Position numbers and translations under genes: made by a program. The notes under the pieces were generated by a model that made no database searches, was not told the origin of the DNA, and saw only the letters and a program-made list of their open reading frames with translations. From Candidatus Brocadiia bacterium (GTDB lineage: Bacteria; Planctomycetota; Brocadiia; CAIUPP01), in the NCBI GenBank assembly GCA_050015075.1, contig JBEKCB010000027.1, positions 9,426 through 73,425 on the forward strand: 64,000 nt of DNA, read 5' to 3'. Shown here one piece after another: positions 50,411 to 60,244 of this stretch (the stretch's first letter is position 1; the number at the start of each line of letters is the position of its first letter).

Positions 50411-52495
50411 ATGGCGCGAAAATTCGTTCTGCACACTCACAAGAAAGTTGACGCGACCGACTTCAGCGAGGCGCTCAACGAAGAGCAGTTGGCCGTCGCG
50501 ACCGCTCCGGGCGGGCCCATGCTCGTCGTGGCCGGAGCGGGCACCGGGAAGACGCGCGCGCTGACCTATCGCCTAGCCTGGCTGGTGCGCGCGGGCGTGG
50601 ATCCGGGGCGCATCCTGCTGGTCACCTTCACGAACCGCGCCGCGCGCGAGATGGTCCACCGCGTCGAGTTGCTCGTCGAACAGGCGACGCGCCACCTCTG
50701 GGCCGGCACGTTCCACCACATCGCCAATCGCATTCTCCGGCAGTACGGCAGCAAGCTGGGCATCTCTTCCGACTTCACCATCCTCGACCGCGAGGACGCC
50801 TCCGGCCTGCTGAAGTCGTGCGTGCCCGATTCCGGGGTGCCGATCGGCAAGCGGCGCTTCCCGCAGAAAAAAGTGCTGATGGAGATCTCCAGCTTCCTGC
50901 AGAACACGCTGCAACCGCTGCACGAAGTCCTCGCCCGGCGCTATCCGATGTTCGCCGATCAGTCCGAGGAGATCGCGCGCGTTCTCGAACTGTACGCCGT
51001 GCGCAAACGCGAGCGCCAGTTCCTGGACTACGATGACCTCCTCTCGGCGTGGCTCGTTCTCCTGACGGAGCATGCGGATGTCCGGCGCGTGTTGTCCGAC
51101 CAGTTCCAGCACATTTTGGTGGATGAGTACCAGGACACCAACGCGATCCAAGGGGCGATCGTGGACGCGCTGGCTTCGACGCACCGGAACGTCTGCGTCG
51201 TCGGGGATGACTCGCAGTCCATCTACAGTTTCCGGGGCGCGAACTTTGAGAACATCCTGGGGTTCAAGGAGCGATATCCGGACGCCCGGGAGTACCAGCT
51301 CGAGACGAACTACCGGTCCGTGCCGCAGATCCTGGCCCTTGCGAACGCCAGCATCGCCGTGAACACGCGCCGGCTGCCCAAGGAACTGCGCGCCGTGCGG
51401 CCGTCCGGGCTGAAGCCGGCCGTGTCGTCCTGCCACGATGGGAGCGTCCAGGCGCAGTTCATCGCCGAGTACATTCTCCATCTGCTCGACCAGGAGCGGA
51501 AGCTCAACGACATCGCCGTCCTCTATCGCAGCCATTGGCACTCGATCGAAATCCAGCTCGAGCTGCGCCGCCGGAATATCCCGTTCCAGGTCCGCGGCGG
51601 GTTGAGGTTCTTCGAACAGGCGCACATCAAGGACGTCGTCGCGCACCTGCGGCTCGTCCAGAACCCCAAGGACGAACTCGCCTGGCTCCGCGTGCTGCAA
51701 CTGCTGCCGAAAGTCGGCAGCGCCTCCTCGAGGAAGGCCTGGCTTCACATTGCCGGATTCGCCAATCCGCTGGAGGAGGCCGCGCGACCGGAGACGGCGC
51801 GCGTGCTGCCCGCGCCGGCGCGGCCGTTCTATGCCGACTTCGTCAGCCTCCTCCGCGAACTGCCGACACTGCAATCGCCGGCGGAGATGATGGAGCGCGT
51901 CATGGCGGGCCCTTACGGGGCTTACCTTGAATCGCACTACGATCACGCCTCGCTCCGGAAGGAGGACATCCGCGGCATGATCAGCTTCGCCGCGCAGTAC
52001 AAGGCCCTCGAGGCTTTTCTCGCGGACGTGTCCCTCGCCGGCGAGTTCTCCGGCGAGACGGTCGTCACCGGCCCCGAGGAGCAGGAATTCGTGATCCTCT
52101 CGACCGTGCACCAGGCCAAAGGGCTCGAGTGGCCGATCGTGTTCATCCCGTGGCTCTCCGACGGCCGGTTCCCCACCGACTTCGCGATCAACACCCGCGA
52201 GGAGGAAGAGGAGGAGCGGCGCGTCTTCCACGTCGCCGTGACGCGAGCGAAGGACGAGCTTTACCTGCTGGTCCCGCAGTTCCAGCGCAGCCGCTCCGAC
52301 CGGCTTGTGATGATGAAGCCGAGCCGCTTCCTGACCGAGCTTCAGCCCGACGTGACCGAACCGCTGGTGATCGAAGAGGGGCTGCCGGACCTGATCGTCG
52401 GCGGAAAAGCGCTCCCCGCGCCGGAGGGCGCGCGGAGGATCCCTTTGAAATCAGGCAACGGAAAACGAAAACTTCGCAAGGAGAAGAAGAAATGA
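50411..52495 (+). CDS. UvrD/PcrA-family ATP-dependent DNA helicase
   Basis: AGAGTGKT, TFTNRAA, VDEYQDTN, VGDDSQSIYSFRGA, STVHQAKGLEW, VAVTRAK. Confidence 0.95.
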   Translation: MARKFVLHTHKKVDATDFSEALNEEQLAVATAPGGPMLVVAGAGTGKTRALTYRLAWLVRAGVDPGRILLVTFTNRAAREMVHRVELLVEQATRHLWAGTFHHIANRILRQYGSKLGISSDFTILDREDASGLLKSCVPDSGVPIGKRRFPQKKVLMEISSFLQNTLQPLHEVLARRYPMFADQSEEIARVLELYAVRKRERQFLDYDDLLSAWLVLLTEHADVRRVLSDQFQHILVDEYQDTNAIQGAIVDALASTHRNVCVVGDDSQSIYSFRGANFENILGFKERYPDAREYQLETNYRSVPQILALANASIAVNTRRLPKELRAVRPSGLKPAVSSCHDGSVQAQFIAEYILHLLDQERKLNDIAVLYRSHWHSIEIQLELRRRNIPFQVRGGLRFFEQAHIKDVVAHLRLVQNPKDELAWLRVLQLLPKVGSASSRKAWLHIAGFANPLEEAARPETARVLPAPARPFYADFVSLLRELPTLQSPAEMMERVMAGPYGAYLESHYDHASLRKEDIRGMISFAAQYKALEAFLADVSLAGEFSGETVVTGPEEQEFVILSTVHQAKGLEWPIVFIPWLSDGRFPTDFAINTREEEEEERRVFHVAVTRAKDELYLLVPQFQRSRSDRLVMMKPSRFLTELQPDVTEPLVIEEGLPDLIVGGKALPAPEGARRIPLKSGNGKRKLRKEKKK

Positions 52496-52959
52496 AGGCA
52501 TCCGAGGGGCGCATCGGGCGCGTGTTCGTGATCCGGCTCGACGACGGCGACGTCATCCCGAACTGTATCGAGCGGTTCGCCGCCGAGCGCGGCGTCACAA
52601 CCGGCTACGCCCTGCTCATAGGCGGTGTCGGCAAGGGCGAAGTGGTCGTCGGCCCGCGCGATTCGGCCGCGATGCCGCCGGACCCGATGGCGCTTCCGCT
52701 CGACGGCGCGCACGAAGTCTCCGGCGTCGGCGTCCTCGCGCCGGGCGTGGACGGCAAGCCCGCGCTCCACATGCACGCCGCCCTGGGCCGCGCCGGCCGC
52801 ACCATGACCGGATGCCTGAGAAAGGGCGTAAAGACCTGGCTCCTCGGGGAAGCGATCCTCGTCGAGGTCACCGGCGCAGAGGTCCGCCGCGTCAAGGACG
52901 AGAAGTCGGGGTTTGCGCTGCTGCAGACCGACAGCGGCGCGGGCAAGGTCGGCCGTTGA
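52492..52959 (+). CDS. PPC (DUF296) domain protein
   Basis: GRVFVIRLDDGD, LHMHAALG; ATG overlapping the helicase stop. Confidence 0.85.
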   Translation: MKASEGRIGRVFVIRLDDGDVIPNCIERFAAERGVTTGYALLIGGVGKGEVVVGPRDSAAMPPDPMALPLDGAHEVSGVGVLAPGVDGKPALHMHAALGRAGRTMTGCLRKGVKTWLLGEAILVEVTGAEVRRVKDEKSGFALLQTDSGAGKVGR

Positions 52960-53034
52960 ATTCGACGAAAAAAGTACTGACTGCGACTGCGCGGACAGTG
53001 GCAGAGGCGCCGTCTTTTCGACTATACTTAGGTT

Positions 53035-53358
53035 ATGGCAAAGGAACGCATCATCATGGCGCGCCTGACCCGTCGGGGCGAGCTTGGACGCGAGTTCGAT
53101 CTCGAGTTTTGGGACAAAATCGGCGCGGAAGGCCGTTTTGCCGCCGCGTGGGAAATGGTGCGCGAGGTCATGGCGATGAGGGGTATGAGCGGGCGTCAGA
53201 CGCGACTACAGAAATCTGTTGCGCGCATGGTGCGCCTTCGGCGGACTGGAACAAAACGGCGCACCAGGCGCATCACTCCGGCTCCAGCACGATCAACGTC
53301 ACTTCCGGCGGCGCGAAGAGGCGCATCGGCGGGCCCCAGGTTCCGGTGCCGCGGCTGA
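53035..53358 (+). CDS. Small hypothetical protein, probably leaderless
   Basis: TATACT box 6 nt before ATG; FDLEFW...AAWEMV...RLQKSV; 3' end overlaps the convergent gene. Confidence 0.55.
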   Translation: MAKERIIMARLTRRGELGREFDLEFWDKIGAEGRFAAAWEMVREVMAMRGMSGRQTRLQKSVARMVRLRRTGTKRRTRRITPAPARSTSLPAARRGASAGPRFRCRG

Positions 53359-54412
53359 GGTAGATATCGCTGCCCGGCGCGACGCGGTGCAAACCGGGCG
53401 TGATCGGATAGAAGCAGTAGACCACCAGGTTGAACGGGAATATCTGGCCGCCGTGCAGGTGGCCGGAGAGTTGCAAGTCGAACCGCCCTGCCGATGCCGG
53501 ATTGATCCTCGGCTGATGCTTGAGCAGGACCACCGGCCGCATGCCGTCCTCGCCCGCCAGCGCAGGCGGCTCATCGAAGAAGCACGGTTCGCTTCTCTGA
53601 CGCCCGGCCGGATCGTCCACGCCGGCGACCCGCACCGGCCCGGCGACGGCCGATTCCCCGCGCAGCGTTTTCAGTCCGGCGGTCTGGTAGAAGCTCAAAC
53701 TGTTCTGCAAACCGGTGTAATACTCGTGATTCCCAAGGCAGCCGAACTTGCCCATCGGCGCCCGCACGGCCGCGAGCATTTCCGCCAGGCTTTTCCCAAT
53801 CTGGTACGGCAGGTCCGACAGATCTCCGGTGCAGACGAGAATGTCCGGCGCGGCCTCGTTGATGAGGCCGATGATCTTCGCCAGCGTCCGCTCCTTCAGG
53901 ATCGGACTGAGATGAATATCCGTGATCTGGACGATCCGCACCGGCGCCGCGCCGCGGGACAGCTTCGGCGTGCGGACATGGACCTCTTTGAGCCGGATGT
54001 CCGCCGCTTCGATCAGCCCCCAGCCGGCGGCCGCCAGCACCACGACGCCGTAAAGCGCAAGCGCCGGCTTCGGCCGAAGCAGAAGGCAGGCCGCCGACGG
54101 TTGGAAATGGGCCATGCAGCGCATCCCCAGGTTCCAGCCGTCTCCCAGGAGCGCCAGCACGCAGAACCAGAACAGAATGGCCATCCAGGAGTAGCCCACC
54201 GCGGCGGCCAGCCAGGCGAGGCGGACGCATCCCCGGCGCTCGAACACGCGCACGAGGATCGGGGCCGCAATCGCGAAGATAAAGAATATCGCGAGCAGCG
54301 CCGTGAAGACTCCCGGACCGGGCCAGGCGGCATGAATTTTGGAGAAGAAGTAAAAATTGATTCCGCCATAGATGGCGAGGAAAATCGCAATGAACAGCGC
54401 CATATCGCCCAC
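53273..54412 (-). CDS. Membrane-bound metallophosphoesterase (YkuE/YaeI-like)
   Basis: N-terminal TMs; DIH, TGD..D, GNHE, LKHQP, SGHLHGGQ motifs. Confidence 0.93.
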   Translation of the reverse strand: MGDMALFIAIFLAIYGGINFYFFSKIHAAWPGPGVFTALLAIFFIFAIAAPILVRVFERRGCVRLAWLAAAVGYSWMAILFWFCVLALLGDGWNLGMRCMAHFQPSAACLLLRPKPALALYGVVVLAAAGWGLIEAADIRLKEVHVRTPKLSRGAAPVRIVQITDIHLSPILKERTLAKIIGLINEAAPDILVCTGDLSDLPYQIGKSLAEMLAAVRAPMGKFGCLGNHEYYTGLQNSLSFYQTAGLKTLRGESAVAGPVRVAGVDDPAGRQRSEPCFFDEPPALAGEDGMRPVVLLKHQPRINPASAGRFDLQLSGHLHGGQIFPFNLVVYCFYPITPGLHRVAPGSDIYLSRGTGTWGPPMRLFAPPEVTLIVLEPE

Positions 54413-54600
54413 TGCCTCGAGAAAGTCAGGTCGGGTCCGGCCGTCGCCTGCGCATCATACCCGGTCCGTCGAAGGACTGTCCAACGCAACCCGGGCCGAC
54501 CGGCACCCCGAAATCAGCGTTGCGCAGGCGAAACCCTTTTTGATATAAGTAACGTTTCGGCGACAGGCCGGCGAGCCGGGTCGGCTGAGAGGAAAGAGAC

Positions 54601-55230
54601 TTGATCGGCAGGCGCCTGCTCTGGATCGGCGCGAGGGCGATGTTCCGGATGATGTTCGTCCTCGCGTTCCGCGTGCGCGTCTTCGGACAGCTCAACGTGC
54701 CGCGGTTCGGCGGCGTGCTGATCGTGTCGAATCATCAGAGCTATCTCGACCCGATCCTGCTGTCGCTGGGCTTCGAGCGTCCGGTGAGCTTCATGGCGCG
54801 GCGGACGCTCTTTCGGAACCCGGCGTTCGGCCGGCTGATCGCGGCGGTGAACGCGTTCCCGGTCACGCGCGGCGGGGTGGATACCGCCGCCATGCGCGAG
54901 GCGGTGCAGCGGCTGCAGAACGGCGAATGCCTCGTGGTCTTCCCGGAAGGAACGCGGTCGTCGGACGGCAAAATCGCACCGTTGCGCCCGGGAATCCTGG
55001 CGCTGGTCGAGCGCGCGGACGTGCCGATCGTGCCCGCGGTGATTACGGGCGCATTCGAAGCGTGGCCGCGCGGCTCAACGCCGAGGACCGGTGAGATATC
55101 GGTCCTTTACGGAGGCGCGATCCGGCCGAAAGAGCATCGCCGGCTGTCACGCGTGGAGCTGGTCGAGCGGCTGCAGTCGGAATTGTCGCGGCTTGAAACG
55201 GAACTCAGGAAACGCAGAACCTGCTCCTGA
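54601..55230 (+). CDS. plsC: 1-acyl-sn-glycerol-3-phosphate acyltransferase
   Basis: NHQSYLD, FPEGTRS, VPIVP. Confidence 0.9.
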   Translation: MIGRRLLWIGARAMFRMMFVLAFRVRVFGQLNVPRFGGVLIVSNHQSYLDPILLSLGFERPVSFMARRTLFRNPAFGRLIAAVNAFPVTRGGVDTAAMREAVQRLQNGECLVVFPEGTRSSDGKIAPLRPGILALVERADVPIVPAVITGAFEAWPRGSTPRTGEISVLYGGAIRPKEHRRLSRVELVERLQSELSRLETELRKRRTCS

Positions 55231-55427
55231 ATCGGAGCAGAATCGGTCAGACAGGATCGTCCGGAATATGGGACCGGGTCGTTCGGTTCCCGGCAATGCG
55301 CCGGGCCGCCCGGCTCCTGAAACAGCGATCGCTTTCCGGACACGCGCCCGCATTCAGTGGCCGTGCGACAGGAAGGGCCGAAGCCCTCTCCCGCGGCCAG
55401 CGGCGAGGCGCAGCAAAGGAGACGAAG

Positions 55428-57221
55428 ATGGTTGACGAGCTGATGCTGAGCGACATGCACGTGGACCGGTCGGAGATTGACCGCGAGGTCGAGGCGGCCA
55501 TGGCGGACCCGGCGGTCAAGGACCTCGACAAGGCCGTGGACGAGTCCATCAAGTCGTTCGAGTCCGGTTCCATCATCAAAGGCAGGGTCATCAACATCAT
55601 CGGCGACGACGTCGTCGTGGATGTCGGCTATAAATCCGAAGGCCTTTTGCCGCTCAACGAGTTCTCGGACAGCGGTTCGGTCAAGCCGGGCGATGAAATC
55701 GAGGTGCTGCTCGACGCGGTGGAAGACGACGCCGGCGTCATCGTGCTCTCGAAGCGCAAGGCGGACCGCATCCGCGGCTGGGAAAAGATCATCACCGACC
55801 ACAAGGAAGGCGACGTGGTCACCGGCCGCGTCATGCGCAAGATCAAGGGCGGCCTGCTCGTGGACATCGGCGTGCCGGTGTTCCTGCCGGCCTCGCAGGT
55901 CAACATCCGCCGGCCGGGCGACATCGCCGAGTACATCGGCAAGGAAGTCACCTGCAAGATCCTCAAGATTGACGAGGAGCGCCGCAACATCGTCGTCAGC
56001 CGCCGCAAGCTGATCGAGGAAGAGCGCGAGCAGATGAAGGCCAAGGTCATGGCCGAAATTCAGGTCGGCCAGACCCGCAAGGGCACGGTCAAGAACATCG
56101 CCGACTTCGGCGCGTTCGTGGACCTGGGCGGCATTGACGGCCTGCTCCACATCACCGACATGTCCTGGAGCCGGATCAGCCATCCCTCCGAGATTGTGGC
56201 GATTGACGAGGATATCGAAGTGATGATCCTGAGCGTGGACAAGGAGCGCGAGCGCATCGCCCTGGGCCTCAAGCAGAAGACCGAGAACCCGTGGAAGCGC
56301 GTGCCCGCGAAATACCCGGTCGGCACCCGCCACAAGGGCGAGGTGGTCAACATCGTCAACTACGGCTGCTTCGTCAAGCTCGAGGACGGCGTCGAGGGAC
56401 TCGTGCACATCTCCGAGATGTCCTGGACGCGCCGCGTCAATCATCCGTCGGAGGTCGCCGCCATCGGCGATATCGTGGAAGTCGTCGTCCTCGGCATCAA
56501 CGAGGAGAAGCAGGAGATTTCGCTGGGGATCAAGCAGACCGAGTCGAACCCGTGGGCGCACGTCGAGGAGAAGTACCCGGCCGGAACGGTCATCAAGGGC
56601 CGCGTGCGCAACCTGACGAACTACGGCGCATTCGTCGAACTCGAGGAAGGCATAGACGGCCTGCTCCACGTCAGCGACATGTCGTGGACCAAGAAGATCA
56701 ACCACCCGTCGGAACTCCTCAAGAAGGGCGACCGCGTCGAAGCGGTGGTCCTGAGCGTTTCGGAGGAGAAGAAGCGCGTGGCGCTGGGCCTCAAGCAGCT
56801 CGAGCGCGATCCGTGGCAGGGCAACATCCCGGCGAAGTACAGCGCCGGCCAGGTCGTCCACGGGAAGATCACGAAGCTGACCTCGTTCGGCGCGTTCGTC
56901 GAACTCGAGCCGAACCTCGAGGGCCTGCTCCACATCTCGGAGATGTCCGACAAGAAGATCGAGAAGCCGGAGGAAGCCGTGCAGGTGGGCCAGGAAGTGC
57001 AGGTGACGATCCTGCGAGTGGATTCCGAAGCGCGCAAGATCGGCCTCTCCATGCGCAGCGGCGCCACGGCAGGTGAGGCGCCGGCGGCGGCCGAAGCGGC
57101 CGCGGTGACCGAAGCGCCGGCGGCAACCGAAGCGGCGGAGAAGCTCGCCGAGCTCGAAGCGCCCAAGGCCGCCTCTGAAGAGGCTCCGGCGACTGAGCCC
57201 GAGACCAAGCCCGCTCCTTGA
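55428..57221 (+). CDS. rpsA: 30S ribosomal protein S1
   Basis: Six S1 repeats (FGAFVDLGGIDGLLHITDMSW etc.); ATG 55428 after AAGGAG. Confidence 0.98.
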   Translation: MVDELMLSDMHVDRSEIDREVEAAMADPAVKDLDKAVDESIKSFESGSIIKGRVINIIGDDVVVDVGYKSEGLLPLNEFSDSGSVKPGDEIEVLLDAVEDDAGVIVLSKRKADRIRGWEKIITDHKEGDVVTGRVMRKIKGGLLVDIGVPVFLPASQVNIRRPGDIAEYIGKEVTCKILKIDEERRNIVVSRRKLIEEEREQMKAKVMAEIQVGQTRKGTVKNIADFGAFVDLGGIDGLLHITDMSWSRISHPSEIVAIDEDIEVMILSVDKERERIALGLKQKTENPWKRVPAKYPVGTRHKGEVVNIVNYGCFVKLEDGVEGLVHISEMSWTRRVNHPSEVAAIGDIVEVVVLGINEEKQEISLGIKQTESNPWAHVEEKYPAGTVIKGRVRNLTNYGAFVELEEGIDGLLHVSDMSWTKKINHPSELLKKGDRVEAVVLSVSEEKKRVALGLKQLERDPWQGNIPAKYSAGQVVHGKITKLTSFGAFVELEPNLEGLLHISEMSDKKIEKPEEAVQVGQEVQVTILRVDSEARKIGLSMRSGATAGEAPAAAEAAAVTEAPAATEAAEKLAELEAPKAASEEAPATEPETKPAP

Positions 57222-57271
57222 GAGCGCCCGAGCGTTTCTCGGCGCGGAAGACTCCGACTTTCGAGGTTGCA

Positions 57272-58084
57272 ATGCGGTTCGATGAGCCGGGCCTGGATGC
57301 TTATCTGAAGGAAATTGACCAGTTCCGCCTCCTCACGGCCGAAGAGGAGGCGGAACTGGCACGTCGCGTCAGCCGCCACGACAAAGAGGCGCGCGACGAG
57401 ATGATCCGCCGGAACCTTCGCCTGGTCGTTCACTTGGCTCTGCGTTACACCCACCGAGGCGTTCCGCTCATGGACCTCATCGCCGAAGGGAACATCGGCC
57501 TGATGAGGGGCGTCGAGCGTTTCAAGCCGGAGCGGCACACCCGGTTCAGCACCTACGCCACCTGGTGGATCCGCCAGCACATCCGCCGGGCGCTGCAGAC
57601 CTGCGGCCCGGCCGTGCGCGTGCCCGGCTACATGGTCGAACTCATCGCCCGCTGGAGGCGCGTCAGCCAGCAACTGACCGAGAAGTTCGGGCGCCCGCCG
57701 ACCGACCAGGAGATCGGCAAGCGCATGGCGGTCTCGGCGGAACGCATGAGGATGATCAACCGCGCCCTCCGCGCCGCCGCGACGACCGACCGCGCGCCGG
57801 ATATGTCCTGGGTCTTCGAAGGCTCGGTGGCCGATAATCGCACCGAGGCGCCGGAACACGAGTTGATGGTCGAGAACACCCACCAGATGATCAAGCACAG
57901 CCTGGCTGCCCTGACGCAGCGCGAAAAGGAAGTGCTCGAACTGCGTTACGGCCTCGAAGGCACCGAGGCGATGACGCTGGAGAAGATCGGCCGGCACCTC
58001 GACCTGACCCGGGAACGGGTCCGCCAGATCGAGTCGGAGGCACTGCGGAAACTGGCGAAGGTCATTGATCGCCGGTACGCCTGA
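57272..58084 (+). CDS. Sigma70-family (RpoD/RpoS-like, no region 1.1) sigma factor
   Basis: AYLKEI, NLRLVV, DLIAEGNIGL, FSTYATWWIRQ, TLEKIG..LTRERVRQIE. Confidence 0.93.
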   Translation: MRFDEPGLDAYLKEIDQFRLLTAEEEAELARRVSRHDKEARDEMIRRNLRLVVHLALRYTHRGVPLMDLIAEGNIGLMRGVERFKPERHTRFSTYATWWIRQHIRRALQTCGPAVRVPGYMVELIARWRRVSQQLTEKFGRPPTDQEIGKRMAVSAERMRMINRALRAAATTDRAPDMSWVFEGSVADNRTEAPEHELMVENTHQMIKHSLAALTQREKEVLELRYGLEGTEAMTLEKIGRHLDLTRERVRQIESEALRKLAKVIDRRYA

Positions 58085-58096
58085 GCAGAGGCCGAC

Positions 58097-58945
58097 ATGC
58101 GCAAGTACGAGGGGGAACCGGATTACGCAGCGGGCGATTACGACGAGACCGAACGGCGGTTCGCCCGGGGATGGTTCTTCCACACGGTGGTCGGCTGGCT
58201 CATCCTCGTCAACGTCGCGGTGTACGTGCTGGAAATCATCCTGATCCGCGCGCAGCCCGCGGCGTTCGACGCTGGCTTCGGCTGGCTCTCCCTGCGGCCG
58301 GCGGACGTGTTCGCGCGCGGATACGTTTGGCAACTGCTGACCTACGCCTTCCTGCATGCCCCGGCGAATTTACTGCACATCCTCTTCAACATGTTGTTCC
58401 TCTATTGGTTCGGCCGCGAGATCGAGATCGTCTGGGGAGCGCGGCGGTTTCTGGCGTTCTACTTCACGGCGGCTGTGTTCGCGGCGTTGGCCTTCGCAGC
58501 CGTGCACTACTTCGTCTGGCCCCTGGAAAAGCCGTGCATCGGCGCGTCGGGAGCGATCATGGCGGTCGTCATGGTGTACGCGCTGTGGTGGCCGAACCGC
58601 ACGATCCTTTTCATGTTCCTCTTTCCGATGCGCATCTGGACATTCGTCCTCATCGTGATCGGCATCACGGCCGTAAACCTGCTCCAAGCCGGCGACAACG
58701 GCGTGGCGAACCTGGCGCACCTGGCCGGACTGCTGTACGGATACCTGGTCGTCCGCGCGGCCCCGCGATTCCGGTCCTCGATCGCGCGGTTTCCCGCCGG
58801 TAAACTCGCGGCCGTGCGCGAAGCGCACAAGGCCGCCGACGAGCGCCGGCTCGATGAACTGCTGGAGAAGGTGCACCGGCAGGGCATTCATTCGCTGGTC
58901 TGGCGGGAGCGGCGTTTCCTGAAGAAAATGAGCCGGAGCCGCTAA
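58097..58945 (+). CDS. Rhomboid-family intramembrane serine protease
   Basis: WQLLTYAFLH, HILFNM, GASG, AHLAG; C-terminal LDELLEKV..GI.SL. Confidence 0.93.
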   Translation: MRKYEGEPDYAAGDYDETERRFARGWFFHTVVGWLILVNVAVYVLEIILIRAQPAAFDAGFGWLSLRPADVFARGYVWQLLTYAFLHAPANLLHILFNMLFLYWFGREIEIVWGARRFLAFYFTAAVFAALAFAAVHYFVWPLEKPCIGASGAIMAVVMVYALWWPNRTILFMFLFPMRIWTFVLIVIGITAVNLLQAGDNGVANLAHLAGLLYGYLVVRAAPRFRSSIARFPAGKLAAVREAHKAADERRLDELLEKVHRQGIHSLVWRERRFLKKMSRSR

Positions 58946-58969
58946 GCGTATTTTTTTGATAATGGGGGC

Positions 58970-58998
58970 TTGCACTGCGCCCATTTGTCCGGTATTCT
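58970..58998 (+). promoter_or_regulatory. Putative sigma70 promoter
   Basis: TTGCAC-17nt-TATTCT preceded by a T-tract. Confidence 0.6.
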
Positions 58999-59050
58999 AG
59001 GGCGGCTGAGGGAAAATTGCCTCTATCCCTGATCGGGGAGACACGAGGTC

Positions 59051-60214
59051 ATGTCTGATGACCTGGCTGCTTTCACGTTGCTGGGCGATTCCGCCGACTG
59101 GTTGAAGGATACGGGGGGCGTTTCGATCCGCGAGTACCGCCTCGCGGCGATGGACGCTTATCGCTCGGCATGGGCGTCGCCCACGAGCAACACGCGCTTT
59201 GCGACGTTGCAAGTGGTGTTCGGGCGGCTGTTCGACGCGCTGCGCCATAACCAGCTCTACCCGGAGGCCGTCATCCTCGGCGGGTCGGGCGACAAGACGG
59301 TGCGCTATCTCGCCTCGCCCGAGAACCTGCGCAAGGACTTCGAGCTGCTGCGGAATTTCTGCGTCGTCAACAAATTCGGGATGGGCGAGATCCATCTGCT
59401 TTACATCGTGCTGCTGTTCTGCAGAACGTTGTACCAGGGCCAAACCGCGCTGCGCGACGAGGTGCTGGAGGAAGCGGTGGACAACGTGCTCTTCCTCCGG
59501 CTGCCGATTTACCGCGCGGACAACGTCGGCGCGTTCAGCCTGGAGGTGAAGGCCCGGTTCCACGCCGTTCGGATCATGCACTCGATGAGAAGACTGGGCC
59601 TCTTCGACGATACCGTGGGCCACGAGATCAGCGCGCAGGACCAGGCCGAAGCGCGCAAATTGCTGGCGAACGAACTCTCCACCGAGGTCGAGCGGTACAT
59701 CCAGAAGCGGCACCGGCTGGCCTTCCAGGTGTTCGACGCGGCCTCCGCGCTGGAGGAATACACGCGCGCCCACATCGCCGGCCGCATCCCGGCCGGCGAA
59801 CGCACGCCCGAGGAGATCTTCCTCCGGCTCCGGCACCGGCTCCGCCATCTGGTCGGACACCCGGAAGTGACCGCCGCCATGCAGAGCAGGCTCGTCAACC
59901 TCGGCGTCGCGGGGATCGTCCGCGCGCTGCCGCACGTGGATGGCACGCTCGCCCGCGAGATGTACGCCTTCCTCCGCGGCGGCAAGAGGCTCCCGACCGT
60001 GCGGCACGCCCGGATGTTCGAGGTGCTGCCCAATAACGTCGAGCGGCTCCGTTTCCTCAACTTCCTCTTTTTGCGGGGGAAGCAGAACCCGGTTTACTAC
60101 GTCGAGCGATTCGAGCGGTTCTTCGCCGGCGAGAAACTGCGCTTCATCCGCAAGGATGTCGGCTTCGCGTTCGAGTCCTCGCCCGAGACTTCGGTCAGGC
60201 CGGCGACCGACTGA
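59051..60214 (+). CDS. Hypothetical protein (387 aa)
   Basis: Long ORF with genome-like codon usage, GAGG RBS and a promoter; no family recognised. Confidence 0.8.
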   Translation: MSDDLAAFTLLGDSADWLKDTGGVSIREYRLAAMDAYRSAWASPTSNTRFATLQVVFGRLFDALRHNQLYPEAVILGGSGDKTVRYLASPENLRKDFELLRNFCVVNKFGMGEIHLLYIVLLFCRTLYQGQTALRDEVLEEAVDNVLFLRLPIYRADNVGAFSLEVKARFHAVRIMHSMRRLGLFDDTVGHEISAQDQAEARKLLANELSTEVERYIQKRHRLAFQVFDAASALEEYTRAHIAGRIPAGERTPEEIFLRLRHRLRHLVGHPEVTAAMQSRLVNLGVAGIVRALPHVDGTLAREMYAFLRGGKRLPTVRHARMFEVLPNNVERLRFLNFLFLRGKQNPVYYVERFERFFAGEKLRFIRKDVGFAFESSPETSVRPATD

Positions 60215-60244
60215 CCGTCGAGCGTTTCGCTTCCAGGAGAAACC

